Assembly: GCF_018350175.1 (NCBI RefSeq)
Contig: NC_058369.1
Coordinates: forward strand, 11,100,001-11,164,000
DNA: 64,000 nucleotides
Source: Felis catus
Lineage: Eukaryota
Reading direction: 5' to 3'
In this document: piece by piece, positions 23,267-36,552 of the stretch
Position numbering within the stretch: the stretch's first letter is position 1
How the letters are laid out: every line of letters begins with the position of its first letter
Notes under the pieces: generated by a model
What the model saw: the letters and a program-made list of their open reading frames with translations, nothing else
Told to the model about the DNA's origin: nothing
Database searches by the model: none
Made by a program: the position numbers and the translations under genes

Positions 23267-24154
23267 TGTGGCAGACCTTTTGCAGAGATGGCCCCAATTC
23301 ACCACTTATCTCTGTATCCATGTACTTTGCAATGTGACTGCGAAGCTCCTCCCATTGAGAGGTGGAGCCGATTTCTCCACTTTCGAATCTGGACTGAATT
23401 CAGTACTTTATTTGCCTTGGCTAAGAGTGTATGGTGAAAATGACAGTGTGCCTCAAGGGTCCTTGGTGTGTTTCTGCTGCGCTTTTGGAACCCTGTCTCT
23501 GCCATGGAAACAAGTCCAAGCTAGCCTGCTGTAAGAAGAGAAATCACGTGGAGCAGAGCCCTGTTGCTCTAAGGATGGTCAACCTAGCCTAGCTTATCAC
23601 CAGCAAGCTCCCAGATGTGGGAATGCAGCCAAGATTAACAGAGCTCCTCCAGCTGACCCACAGCTGACCACCACCTCATGAGGAGACCAACAGAGACCAA
23701 AAGACTTCCCCAACACAGACCCCCATGTGATGGATGGAGCTAGAATGTATTATGCTGACTGAAATAAGTCAGAGAAAGAGAAATATCATTTGATTTCACT
23801 CATATGTGGAATTTAAGAAACAAAACAGATGAACATAATGCGGGGGTGGGGGGGTGGAGAGAATAAAGGAAACAAACCAAGCAAGACTCTTATGATAGAG
23901 AACAAACAGAGGGTTGATGAAGGAAGGGGGCGGGGGGGGGGGGGTATGGGCTAGATGGGTGATGGGTTAAGGAGAGCATTTGTGATGAGTATTGGGTGTT
24001 GTACATAAGTGATAAATCACTGAATTCTACCTCTGAAACCAAGAGTGCACAACCTTTTAACTAACTAACATATAAGTTTAAAAAAATTTTAAAGCATTAT
24101 CTTAAATCATATAGGTTTGTCATAGCTTGTTATGCAGCAATAGCTTATTGATAC
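23267..24154 (+). mobile_element. MLT1-type MaLR LTR interrupted by an L1 3' fragment at about 23730-24090
   Basis: TG start (tgtggcagac...gatggcccc) and canonical end ttgttatgcagcaatag...gataCA. Confidence 0.65.
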
Positions 24155-25428
24155 AATAATCAAAGTAAACAGAGCTGAGAATATTAATAACCTGCTGCTT
24201 CTTATGTTTGACATTTGTTCTGATATTCAAAGGAAGCATTCATAATGACCTGGTTATTCACATTTATTTCAGATAAGTGTACTAAAAAGTGACCACCACT
24301 CAGGTTCTTTTCCAGGTAACTGGTAGAGATTGGAAAGACCTGTCTGTTTTTGCAGGGATAACTTGCGGGACTTTCTGTCACAAATCTCAATTCCCAGAGC
24401 ATTACTGGGCAGGAATTCAAGTTCTTGTCTGAGTAATCCTTTGATCATGAGGATTGAAAAGAGTTTAGAGCATAAAAAAGGTAAATAAATTAATGGCAGT
24501 GTAAATGCACGTATTGTTCACTCACTCACACTATAATTTTATGACAGAATTTTTAAAGATGAGATATTAAGGTGAGGGCAATGGAAGAAATAATATCATC
24601 ATCCAATTAAATAATATAAAATCTGCCACTAAAATCTTCACTCCAGTGAATAAAACACTTTAAATATGGACACCAAATATCCCACACTTCAATGAGTAGA
24701 TGTACATCATCGAAAACATATTTTCCACCACGAAATATGACGTGACTCAAAATTTTACTTTATCATATTTCAGGTCTTCTCTGACACTAAACCCAAGTCA
24801 AGTCACTCGGTTTATTCAAATTCATGTCTTTGTAGATTACATGTGGAACATGTTTTTCATAATCAATTTTTGCCTTACTATTCTATATCAGGGGTACTGT
24901 GGATGCTGAGCTGATAAGAGAGAGAACAGGATCCTAAGGATGACAAAACAAACTAGTGACAAAACAAACTAGTATGTTAAAGTCTACATTACCAGGAGGA
25001 GCATTTAAGGCGGTAAGGTAGAAAGGAATGGCAGACACAGAGTGAAAAAACTGTGGTCTCAGAATTTCTCTACCATAAAATTATATAAAGGGCCTCAGTT
25101 GCCAAATGTAGTTTATTCCATAAAACTAGTACAGTTCGTCACTATATGAGGCAAATGGGAATCTCCAAATTTCTCCTGATTCAAGGCTGGGACTAAATTA
25201 GGAAATTAAGAAAACCAGAAAGGAAAAATTGTTAGCTATCAGAAGGAGCAGGATGTTAAACAAAAGGACTTGTTTAAATTCAATAAAGCAGTTGAACTTT
25301 AGAAAAATTGAAATTCCAGGATATGAATAGAAGGATTAAGTTCTTCCATGATCCGATTAAAGGATCACAATCTCTGGCTGTTAAGCTTTGAGCCAGCAAT
25401 CACAGGTACTTCTGGGAAAATGGCCCTT

Positions 25429-26358
25429 TTATGACTTCCCTCTGAAAAGTAAATTTAGAGCCTCCTTTATGTCTCTGTTCCTCAGGCTGTAGATGAAGGG
25501 GTTCAGCATGGGCGTGACCACCGCGTACATCACCGAGGCTGTGGCACTTGAGAGTGAGCTCTGGGTAGCAGTAGAGCTGAGGTGCACTCCTAGGCTGGTA
25601 CAATAAAATAAGGAGACAACCGAGAGGTGAGATGTACAGGTGGAAAATGCCTTATACCTGCCCAGAGCTGATGAGATCCCACGTATGGAGGAAACTATCT
25701 TAGAATAAGAGTACAGGATCCCAGCCAGGGGAGCACCACCCAACAGCACAGCTGCAAAATATACCACCAAGTTATTAAGAAAGGTGTCAGAACAGGCAAG
25801 TTGGATCATCTGATTGACTTCACAGAAAAAGTGGGGGATATACACGTGTGTACAGAAGGACAGCTGCAACACCATTAAGGTTTCTAACAAGGAATGCAGG
25901 ATGTTCATGATCCAGGACACCAGAACCAGCAGTCCACAGAGCCGGGGGTTCATGATGACCGTGTAGTGCAGGGGGTGACAGATGGCCACAAAGCGGTCAT
26001 AAGCCATCACAGTCAAGAGGAAGTTGTCTAAACCTACAAAGAGTATGAAAAAGTACATCTGCATGATGCAGCTTTCGTAAGTTATTATTTTTCTCTGTGT
26101 GTGTATATTCACCAGCATCTTCGGGACGGTGGTGGAAGTGACACAGATGTCTACAAAGGACAGGTTGGCAAGGAAGAAGTACATGGGCGTGTGGAGGTGG
26201 GAGTCAGAGTTTACAGCCAGGATGATGAGCAGATTCCCAAGTATGGTGACCAAGTACATGGACAGGAACAGCCCAAAGAGGAAGGGTTGCAACTCTGGTT
26301 CCTCTGAAAATCCCAGAAGAAGAAATTCTGAATTTCGTGTATCATTGCCTAGTTCCAT
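25429..26358 (-). CDS. Olfactory receptor, OR7A-like, 309 aa ([12 protein letters not shown]...)
   Basis: All OR motifs intact ([42 protein letters not shown]); acceptor ttttgatAG at 26373-26372. Confidence 0.93.
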   Translation of the reverse strand: MELGNDTRNSEFLLLGFSEEPELQPFLFGLFLSMYLVTILGNLLIILAVNSDSHLHTPMYFFLANLSFVDICVTSTTVPKMLVNIHTQRKIITYESCIMQMYFFILFVGLDNFLLTVMAYDRFVAICHPLHYTVIMNPRLCGLLVLVSWIMNILHSLLETLMVLQLSFCTHVYIPHFFCEVNQMIQLACSDTFLNNLVVYFAAVLLGGAPLAGILYSYSKIVSSIRGISSALGRYKAFSTCTSHLSVVSLFYCTSLGVHLSSTATQSSLSSATASVMYAVVTPMLNPFIYSLRNRDIKEALNLLFRGKS

Positions 26359-26509
26359 GTAGTCGATGTGACTATCAAAATAAGAGAAAAAGAGGATGAC
26401 ACAACCATGCATTACTAACCTGGCTGATACTAACCTGGCTGGTACATTTCTGCACTCAAGAAATTAATTTTTATACTTGTGGATGGAACTAGACAAGAAT
26501 ATTAATATC

Positions 26510-28100
26510 TAGGGGAAAAAAAGGAAACTATCTCAACATAAAGCCATTTGTGAAAACCCCACAGCAAACATGATACTCAAAGGTGATACAGTGAACATTT
26601 TCCTGTATCATCTGAAACAAGGGAAGGATGCCCGCTTTCACAACTTCTACTCAACATAACACTGGAAGTTCTAGCCAGAGTAATTAAAGAAAGAAGAGGT
26701 ATCCAAACTGTAAAGTAAGAAATAAATTTTTGTATGTAGATGATGTGATCGTATATGTAGAAAATCCTGAAGATGCCACCAAAAAAATTGTATCACCAAT
26801 AAATTAATTCAGCCAAGTAACTGGATACAAAGCCAACCCGGAAAAAATCAGTTGCATTTTTACATATGAAGAATGAATGATCTGAAAAGGAAATAAAACA
26901 ATTCCCTTTATGTGACCTCCAAAAGAAGAAGACTGTCACCTCACACCAGTCAGAATGGCTAGTATAATGAGACAAGACACAAATGTTGGTGAGGATGTGG
27001 AGAAGAGGGAACACTCATCCACATTGGTGGGAATGCAAACTGGTGCGGCCACTGTGGTAAACAGTATGGAGGCTCCTCAAAAAATTAAAAATAGAAATAC
27101 TACATGATCAAGTAATTCCATTACTGAGTATTTACCCAAAGAAAACAAAAACATTAATTTGAAAATATATGTGCACCCCATGTTTACTGCAGCATTTTTT
27201 ATAATAGCCAAGATATGAAAGCAACTCATGTGTCCACTGATACATGAATGGCTAACATAGATTAGTATATAGCTAAGTAGATAAAATATATATTGGTATA
27301 TATCTAAGTAGATAAAGTATATATTAGTGTGTGTGTATATATATACGTGTGTGTGTGTATCTATTAATATATATATCGGTATATATCTAAGTAGATGAAG
27401 TATATATTGGTATATATTTGTGTATATATATTGGTATATATCTAAATAGATAAAGTATATATTGGTGATATATATATTGTGTGTATATATATAATGAAAT
27501 ATCACTCAGCCATAAAAAGAATGAGACCTTTCCATATGCAACAACATAAGTGAATCTAGAGGATGCTACACTAAGTGAAACAAGTTAGACAAAGACAAAT
27601 ATCATATGATCTCACTTATAGGTATAATGTAAAAACAAGAACAGACAGACAGATACTTAAATACAGAAAACAAACTGGTACTTGCCAGAGGGTAGGTGGG
27701 GTGGGAGCGGGGGTAGATACAGGGTATTAAGAGGTACAAATGAGATCTTGCCATTGGTAACACCATGCATGGACCCAGAGAGTATAATGTTAAGTGAAAT
27801 AAGTCAGTCAGAGAAAGACAAATACCATATGATTTTACTCATCGATGGAATTTAACAAACAGAACAAATGAACAAAGGAAAAACAGACTTTTAACTATAG
27901 AAAAAAAAGTGATGGTTTCCAGAGGGGAGGTGGGTGGGAGGATGGGTAAAATAGGGGAAGGGGATTAAGAGTACATTCATCATGATGAGCACTGAGTAAT
28001 GTATACAATTGTTGCAGCACTATATTGTACACCTGAAACTAATATAACAATGCATGTAAATTATACTGAAATTAAAAAATCAATTTTAAAAAATACAAAA
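26510..28100 (+). mobile_element. Deleted L1 fragments (ORF2 and 3'UTR pieces) in the presumed 5' intron of the minus-strand OR
   Basis: L1 phrases such as aaaccccacagcaaacat, ggtgggaatgcaaactgg and tgtacacctgaaactaat, with A tails. Confidence 0.8.
27255..27492. repeat. AT-rich minisatellite, about 4 copies of tatatctaagtagataaa(g)tatatattgg mixed with (TA)/(TG)
   Basis: Direct reading. Confidence 0.8.
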
Positions 28101-29394
28101 ATCACCCAACATCCTTTAAACTACCAAAAAAAAAAAAATCCCAAAATATAATGAACTAAAAAAAATAAAATCTACCACAAAACTGTCTTCATTCAGGTAA
28201 GAAACTGAGAAAGAAGAAGTTATACATTAACTAAGAGAATTTAAAACACTTTTATGGCCAAATTATCTCCATATAATTCAACAGAGAAAAATAAACTGTA
28301 AAAATAATTTGAAATGCTGACAGCCATAGCAAATGAGCATATAATATGTGGGCATATAATTACAATGGGCAAATCAAAATGGCCACCAAGTATATGAATT
28401 TTGTTCAAACTCACTGACAGTTTACGACAAAAACAAGAAATCTCTTCCACATCCATCTTCCTGTCAAAAAAGTTAAATCTTCCTGTCAAAAAATTAAAGA
28501 GCTGCCACACCAGTTGGGATTGGGACTGTTGCCAAACCAGTTGGGATTGGAAATGTTAAACAGGCAGCAACACAGTACTCTTTAATTTTCATAGCGGAAA
28601 TGTGACGTGCTGTAACATTTGAGATAAATTATCTGAAGACAGCTCTAAGTATTAAAAATATAGATATGTGTTATTTAACTCAGGATTTCTTGATCTCAGC
28701 ACTGTTGACGTTCTGGCCCAGATCATTCTCTGGTGGAGTTTGTCCTGGGCATTGTAGGATGTTTACAGCATCTCTGGTCTCTAGTGACACCTCCCCAGTC
28801 TGACAGCCTAAAATGTCTCTGGACATTGCTCAATGTCCCCTGGAGGACAGAATTGCCCCCAGTGGAGAACCAGCATTTTAACTCAAACTCAAAATATTTT
28901 TGTAAAATTTATATAATGGCAATTTAATGAAAAAGAATATGAAAAGTCCTGAAAAGCATGAATGACACGGACACACCCTGAAATATTAGGCAATCCCTGA
29001 AATAATGAATTAGCATTATACTAGCTGATGGAGGCAAGTCTGTAAAGTTGAGGGAGACAAGCTATTTAAAGTAGACAAGCTATTTAGAAAAAGACAGCAC
29101 CAGACCCTAAAGGCCATTTACAATGTGCGTAAGATTCTGTTCATGAATTTGTATAAAAGTGTGTGAATATTTATGTGTGCATAATATAGAAGTTTAAGTT
29201 TCAAAAGAAACTCAGAGCTTACGGAACAAAGCCTAGCAGGGAGGGTGATAATAGGTTAGCCATGGACCTCCTTCACACAACTGTACGAAACACCCTGACA
29301 GTCTAAAACTATAGAGAGGTATAAAATAATATTAATGTAGTGACATCTTGTGGATCAGTAATTCAAGATTAAGGTGCTAAATACTTGGAAATAA

Positions 29395-29629
29395 GGGCAC
29401 CTGGCTGGCTCAGTCAGTAGAGCATGAAACTCTTGATCTTGGGCTTAGGAGTTCGAGCCCCACATTGGGCATAGAGATTACTTTTAAACAACATAAAAAC
29501 TTGGGGGAGGGCATCTGGGTGGCTCAGTCAAACATACAACTCTTCATCTCAGCTCAGGTCGTGATCTCATGGTTTGTGAGTTCGAGCCCCAAGTCAGGTT
29601 CCATGCTGACAGCACAGAGCCTGCTTGGG

Positions 29630-29701
<72 letters not shown>

Positions 29702-31020
29702 CCTCTCTCTCTGCCCCTCCCCCTCTCCAAATAAATAAATAAATAAATAAATAACAAAAACCTGGAAATAAAAGAATATAACAAATACAACAAAAAGCCT
29801 TTTTTAGGGGCGCCTGGGTGGCGCAGTCGGTTAAGCGTCCGACTTCAGCCAGGTCACGATCTCACGGTCCGTGAGTTCGAGCCCCGCGTCAGGCTCTGTG
29901 CTGACAGCTCAGAGCCTAGAGCCTGTTTCAGATTCTGTGTCTCCCTCTCTCTCTGCCCCTCCCCTGTTCATGCTCTGTCTCTCTCTGTCTCAAAAATAAA
30001 TAAACGTTAAAAAAAAATTTTTTTTAAGTGGGTATGAAGCATTATTTAAAATTATGATTTTATCTTATATACAGATATATATATTAATTCATATTTGTGA
30101 AAGAAAAAAAGAGGAACTTTAGTCAAATGACAAAGAAGAATGCCTTCCAAACCATGGTTGAAGGTGATGTGACTTTGAGAAATAGATCTAATTACAAAAG
30201 CCCAAAAGGTACAATAAGGAATAACAGAAATGTGGAGACTGGTTGGAAATATGTATAAAAAGTGACTTATTAATTCAAACGATGCAGAAGAACTCTCTAC
30301 ACTTAAAATAGTAAAAGGTGGGAAGAAAATATACACAAAGAACCGAACATCAAACCATGAAGCTGGTGGGGAAACTCAATTCTTATATTTGAAAAAAATG
30401 CAGTCAAAAACAGGAATATAAACACTCCAAACCCACCAAACAAAAGCACAGAACTGGCCCAGACAATTTTCTTTGTTTTTTTTTATGTTTATTTTTGAGA
30501 GAGAGAGAGACAGAGCATGAACAGGAGAGGAGCAGAGAGACAGGGAGACACAGAGTCCGAAGAAGGCTCCAGGCTCCAAGCCTCCAGCACAGAGTCCCAC
30601 GCGGAGCTCAAACTCAAACCGTGAGATCATGACCCAGGCCAAAGTTGGATGCTCAACCGACTGAGCCACCCAGGCACCCCTGGCCCAGACAATTTTCAAT
30701 AGAGAAAGCCAATGTTTACAAAACCCACAAATATACTCACCCTCACCAGTAAGGAAGTAATCGCAATGTAGAGCTTTTTTTTTAGTATTTCCTTTTTCAC
30801 CTATTAATTTTTTTTAAATGCTTATTTATTTTGAGAGAGTGGGAGAGACAGAGTGTGAACAAAGGAGGGGTGGAGAAAGAGGGAGACACAGAATCCAAAG
30901 CAGGCTCCAGGCTCCGAGCTATCAGCACAGAGCCTGACACGGGGCTCGAACCCACAAACCATGAGATCATAGCCTGAGGTGAAGTCAGACGCTTAACTGA
31001 CTGAGCCACCCAGGCGCCCC
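29395..31020. mobile_element. Five CanSINEs: plus strand at about 29395, 29508 and 29807; minus strand at about 30475-30680 and 30808-31020
   Basis: Recognisable heads and tails; TSD tggcccagacaatttt around the 30475-30680 copy. Confidence 0.85.
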
Positions 31021-31498
31021 TTAAATTTTTTTTCAATTGATTAGAATATGCAACATGAAAAAGGACACCATGAAATGTATGTCTCATGATCCATTGGTCT
31101 GGATCTTTCTCATCAATATGGACACATACTCAAATTTTCCCTGGCTTACTGCATATCCCTCGTAGCTAATGCCCTATTTCTCTATTCCCCTTAAATGCAA
31201 AGATTCTTGGACTTGTGTTCCACTTCTACTGGGACCATCTTATTCCACCCATTACCACTCTTCCATTGCCACTAGTTAATTCTCAACCATCTCCCCACAT
31301 TGCCGATTTCAATGTTTCCTTTCTTTTTTGGATCATAAATAAATACATTAATTAGTGAATCAAGCAAGCCAACAACCACAGTGATGTCCCAGTGCTGGGT
31401 TAGGTTGCGTTGGCTCTCAAGTAGCTTCAGGTAAATGTTCTCATCCTTCTATTCTCTCTGGCCCTTTCCTGCAGTACCTACTGGGTTTTTGGACTCAC

Positions 31499-31860
31499 CT
31501 TCATGGGGGTCTCTGGGAGCAAGGTCTCTGTGGGAAAGTCCAAATTCCTCCCTCAATAGTTGATGGTGGAGACTGAAGCTCTGTTCTCAAACAATACAGC
31601 AGGAGTCTCTTAGCCACACTTAGGACTCCAATAGAAATAACCGTGTTCATTCAGCCCAAGGTTGCACATGTTGAGGGACAACAGCAGAAGAGAGATTTTT
31701 TACTCCCATCCCTGAGGCATCATCCCCAATGGGACATTGCTCTGCACGGATAGGAATTTTTTCCCTGTAGTTTCCCTGTTCCCAGGAGACCAGCTTACAA
31801 GTCAGGTGAATCTGGTTATTATTCTTCCCTGAACTCACATGTCTCCCAGGGATCTAACCT
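31499..31860 (-). promoter_or_regulatory. Putative promoter and non-coding 5' exon of the OR at 26358
   Basis: Three exact YYYCARRRR O/E matches (31709-31717, 31780-31788, 31844-31852); donor AAG|GTGAGT at 31498; colinear with 10080-10461. Confidence 0.6.
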
Positions 31861-33404
31861 CCTAGTACCTTACCCCAACCCTGAGTTGAAGTTTTCTCCA
31901 AATCTAAGAATAAAGAGGTTTTCTTTACTAGGTTCCTTGCGTCTCCCAAATATTGATTCGTGATGGGACACAGCACTGATACCCCCAGAGGATTACTATT
32001 ACCTCTTTCAACAAGGTGAAGAACTGTGTTCCTTTGACATAGAACCACAAGTACTACTGTCTTGGGCTTTCATAACACTTGCCAAAACAGTTAAGAGTTC
32101 AATGCTTTGACAGAAATTCAGACCTGTCATTCAGTTTTAATTTATAATACATTTTGTAACTAAAAGGTATATAGTTACATATAGAGTTTCAGTTTCAAAG
32201 ATGAAAAGAGTTCTGGAATGGATGGTGGGGATGGCTGCCCAACAACATGAATGTATTTAATACCGCCGAGCTGTGCACTTAAAAATGGTTAAGATTGGGG
32301 GGCGCCTGGGTGGCTCAGTCGGTTAAGCGTCCGACTTTGGCTCAGGTCATGATCTCACGGTCTGTGGTTCGAGCCCCGCGTCAGGCTCTGTGCTGACAGC
32401 TCAGAGCCTGGAGCCTGCTTCAGATCCTGTGTCTCCCTCTCACTCTGTTCCTCCCCCGCTTGTGCTCTGTCTCTGTCTCAAAAAAATAAATAAATGTCAA
32501 AATATAAAAATAAGTGGTTAAGATGGGGGTGAAATAGGTGACGGGGACTGAGGAGGGCACTTGTCATGGTGAGCACTGGGGGATGCACGGAATTGTTGAA
32601 TCACTGTATTGTACACCTGAATCTAATGTAATGCTGTACATTAACTATACTGGAATAACATTAAAAATAAAATAATAAAAATATAGACAGTGAATAGAAA
32701 AAAATGGTTAAAATGGTAAATCCTGTTACATGTATTTTAGCACAATAAGAAAATCTTTAACTTAAAAATATATATATTTGAATCTTTTATGCACATTGCC
32801 TTGAGATTAGTACCTTCTGTGAATTGTCTCATTTAATTTTTTATAAAAGTCCATTTGCCGGGGTGAGTAGTCTTATGAGTCTCATTGCACATTTGCAGAA
32901 TGGGGCTCAGAAGGGTGGAATGGTCTACCCAACATTGTGAACTGTTGTGAACCCAAAGGGATGGGCTTTGATCGGAACTCCTTCAACGTGTTTACAGGCC
33001 TCTTGCTCTAGCCTGGTCATTCTCATCTAGGGGGGATTTTGCCTCCCAGGATACTTGGAAGGATCTAGTGAAGTGTTTGGTTGTGAGAACTGGGCAGGTG
33101 CAATTGCCCTCCTTGTCAGTTGAGGCTAGGAATGCTGCACAGCATCTACTGTTCCCAGGACAACCTTCATCACAAAGAATTATCCACCACAAATGTCAAC
33201 AGTGAGAAGGTGGAGAAACACAACACTAGACCAGCACCTCTCCGAATTTTGTACGTATGGGAATCATTTGGTTATCTTCCCCAAATGCAGATTCTGCTTG
33301 GGCAGGGCTAATATGAGCCCAGAAATTCCGCATTTATCTAGCTTCCCGTTGTTGATGCCATAGGTCCTGGTTCCATGGCCACTCTTTGAGTATCAGGGCT
33401 GTGG

Positions 33405-33436
33405 TCCATACAACTCAATAACAAAAAAAAAAAAAA

Positions 33437-33507
<71 letters not shown>

Positions 33508-35760
33508 GAAACAATCTGATTTGGAAATGCACACAGGAACTGAATAGACATTTTTCCAAAAAAAAAAAAAAAACATCCAAATGGCCAATAGGTACATGAA
33601 AGGATGCTCAACGTCATTAATCGCCAGGGAAATGCATATCAAAAAGCCACAATGAGATAGCACTTCATACCTATTTGGATCACCATCATCAAAAAGACAA
33701 GAGATACCAAGTACTAGTGAGGATGTGAGAAAAGGGAACCCTTATGTACTGTTGGTAGAAATATAAATTGGTTCAGGCACTAAGGAAGACAGTATGGAGG
33801 TTCCTAAAAAATATTAAAACTAGAACTACCATATGATCCTATAATCCTGCCTCAGGGTACATATCCAAAGGAAATGAAAACAGGTTATGAAAAAGATATC
33901 CTCACTCTCATGCTTATTTATTGCAACATTATTCACAGTAACCAAGATATGGAAACAACCCAGTGTCAATGGATGAATGGATAAAGAAGATATGGTATAT
34001 ATGTTCAGTAGGATATTATTTAGCCCTGATAACTAAAGCAATCCAACCATCTGCAACAAAGGATGGACCTTGGGGACATTATGCTGAATAAAATAAGTTA
34101 GACAGAAAAAGACAAATACTGTATGATTTCATTTCTCCTTGGAATCTAAAAAAAAAAAAAGCTGAACTCATAGAAACAGAGAGTGGAACGGTGGTTACCA
34201 GGGGCTGGAGGGTGGAGAAGTTGGGGAGATATTGTTGAAGGGTACAAATTTGCAACTGGAAGATGAATAAGTTCTGGAGGTCTGATGCACAGCATATGGA
34301 TTATAGTCAACAATATTGTATTATAAACTTCAAAGGTTCTAAGAGACTAGATCTTAATGTTCTTACCACAAAAATGTAGTGATAATCATGTAACAAGTTA
34401 GAGGTATTAGCTAATGCTGCAGTGGAAATCATATTGTAATCAACTCATTGACACCTTAAACTTATACCATGTTTTATGTTAGGTATATCTCCATAAAATT
34501 TTGTTAAAGAATAAAGTGGGAGGGGCGCCTGGGTGGCTCAGTCGGTTGAGCGTCCGACTTCGGCTCAGGTCATGAACTCACAGCTCATGAGTTCGAGCCC
34601 CGCGTCAGGCTCTGTGCTGACAGCTCGAAGCCTGGAGCCTGCTTTGGATTCTGTGTCTCCCTCTCTCTGCCCCTAACCCACTCGCATTCTGTCTCTAGCT
34701 CTCTCAAAAATAAATAAACATTTTTTAAAAAAATTTTTTTAAGAATAAAGTGGGAACTTCCTAAATACTCCCTTCAGGCATAGACTGTTTCTACCTGGAT
34801 GTTAACATCATAGGGAAAATTCTTATAGTAGCTTAGTTTGTATTTTCACATGTTCAGACAAGACAACTCAGAGACCTTCTAATAAAAATAAAATATTCTA
34901 CTAAAAAGATTTAACTCACAGCTGAAGAGATTGAAAGATATAGGGTGGTTGAAATCGGAATCCCCTGAGGAATTAAAATTAGGGTCTCCAAGGGATATTT
35001 GCCCATCCGTGTTTATAGTGACGCTATTTACAATAGCCAAAACATGAAAGCAACCCAAACATTCTTCGATGGATGACTGGATAAGCAAAATGTGATGCAT
35101 ACATACAGTAAAATATCATTCCACCTTAAAAGGAAGGAAATTCTTGTACTTGCTATAACATGGATAAACTTCAGGATATTATACTAAGTGAAATAAGGTA
35201 GTCACAAAAAATACTGTGTTTTTTTGGTAGTGGACTTGTTTTTTTGTTGTTGTTTTTTGTTTGTTTTAATTTGGGTATAGTTGGCATTAATTTCAGGTGT
35301 ACATCTTAGTGATTTGACAAATTTATACGTTATGCTACATTCACCACAAGTGTAGTTATCTGTCCCAATAACATCACTATTACAAAAAGACAACCTACTG
35401 AATGATGGAAAATGTTTACGAGTGACATATCTGTTAAGGGGTTAACATCCAAAATATATAAAGGACTTATACAACACAACACCAAAAAAAAAAAAAAATC
35501 TGATTAAAAACGGTCAGAGAACCTGAACAAAAATACTGCATTATTCCATTTATATGAGATAACTAGAGCAGTCAAACTCATAGAGACTGAAGGCAGAATC
35601 GTGATTACCAGGGGCTATGGGCAGAGGGGAGAGGAGGTCTTTTTCAACGGGGACAGCATTTCAGTTTTGCACGACAAAACTGTTCTGTGGGTGGATATTG
35701 CTGATAGTTGCACAATAATGTGAATTACTTACTACCACAGAAATGTGCACTTAAAAATGG
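33405..35760 (+). mobile_element. L1 3' segments from more than one old element, with (GAAA)n at about 33438-33505 and a CanSINE at about 34522-34740
   Basis: L1 ORF2-end and 3'UTR phrases; SINE TSD aaagaataaagtggga. Confidence 0.8.
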
Positions 35761-35766
35761 ATGAGA

Positions 35767-36502
35767 GGGGCGCCTGGGTGGCGCAGTCGGTTAAGCGTCC
35801 CGACTTCAGCCAGGTCACGATCTCGCGGTCCGTGAGTTCGAGCCCCGCGTCGGGCTCTGGGCTGATGGCTCAGAGCCTGGAGCCTGTTTCCGATTCTGTG
35901 TCTCCCTCTCTCTCTGCCCCTCCCCCGTTCATGCTCTGTCTCTCTCTGTCCCAAAAATAAATAAACGTTGAAAAAAATTTAAAAAAAAAAAAATGGATGA
36001 GATGGAGGTGCCTGGGTGGCCCAGTCAGTTGACCTTTGGACTCTTGATTTTGGCTCAGGTCATGATCCCAGGGTCGTGTGATCAAGCCCTGCATCAGGCT
36101 CCGCGCTGAGCATGAAACCTGCTTAAGATTCTGTCTCTCTGTGCCCCTCTCCCCTCCTCACCAGTGCTTTTTCTCTCTCTAACAACAAACAACAAAAAAA
36201 AAAATGGATGAGATGGTAAATTTTATTATGAGTATTTTTTTTAAGGAGGCTTCATGCCCAGCACGGAGCCCAACACGGGGCTTGAAGTCACGACCCTGAG
36301 ATAAAGACCTGAGCTGAGATCAAGAGTCAGATGCTAGAGGCGCCTGGGTGGCTCAGTCACTTAGGGTCTGACTTGGGCTCAGGTCATGATCTCATGGTCC
36401 GTGAGTTCAGGCCCTGTGTCGGGCTCTGTGCTGACAAATCAGAGCCTGGAGCCTACTTCAGATTCTGCGTCTCCCTCTCTCTCTGCCCCTCCCCTGCTCG
36501 TG

Positions 36503-36552
<50 letters not shown>

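Noticed and set aside
26413..26441. Duplicated TACTAAC-containing 15-mer near an OR acceptor
   Set aside because: The branch-point-like heptamer is on the strand opposite the gene; a simple tandem duplication
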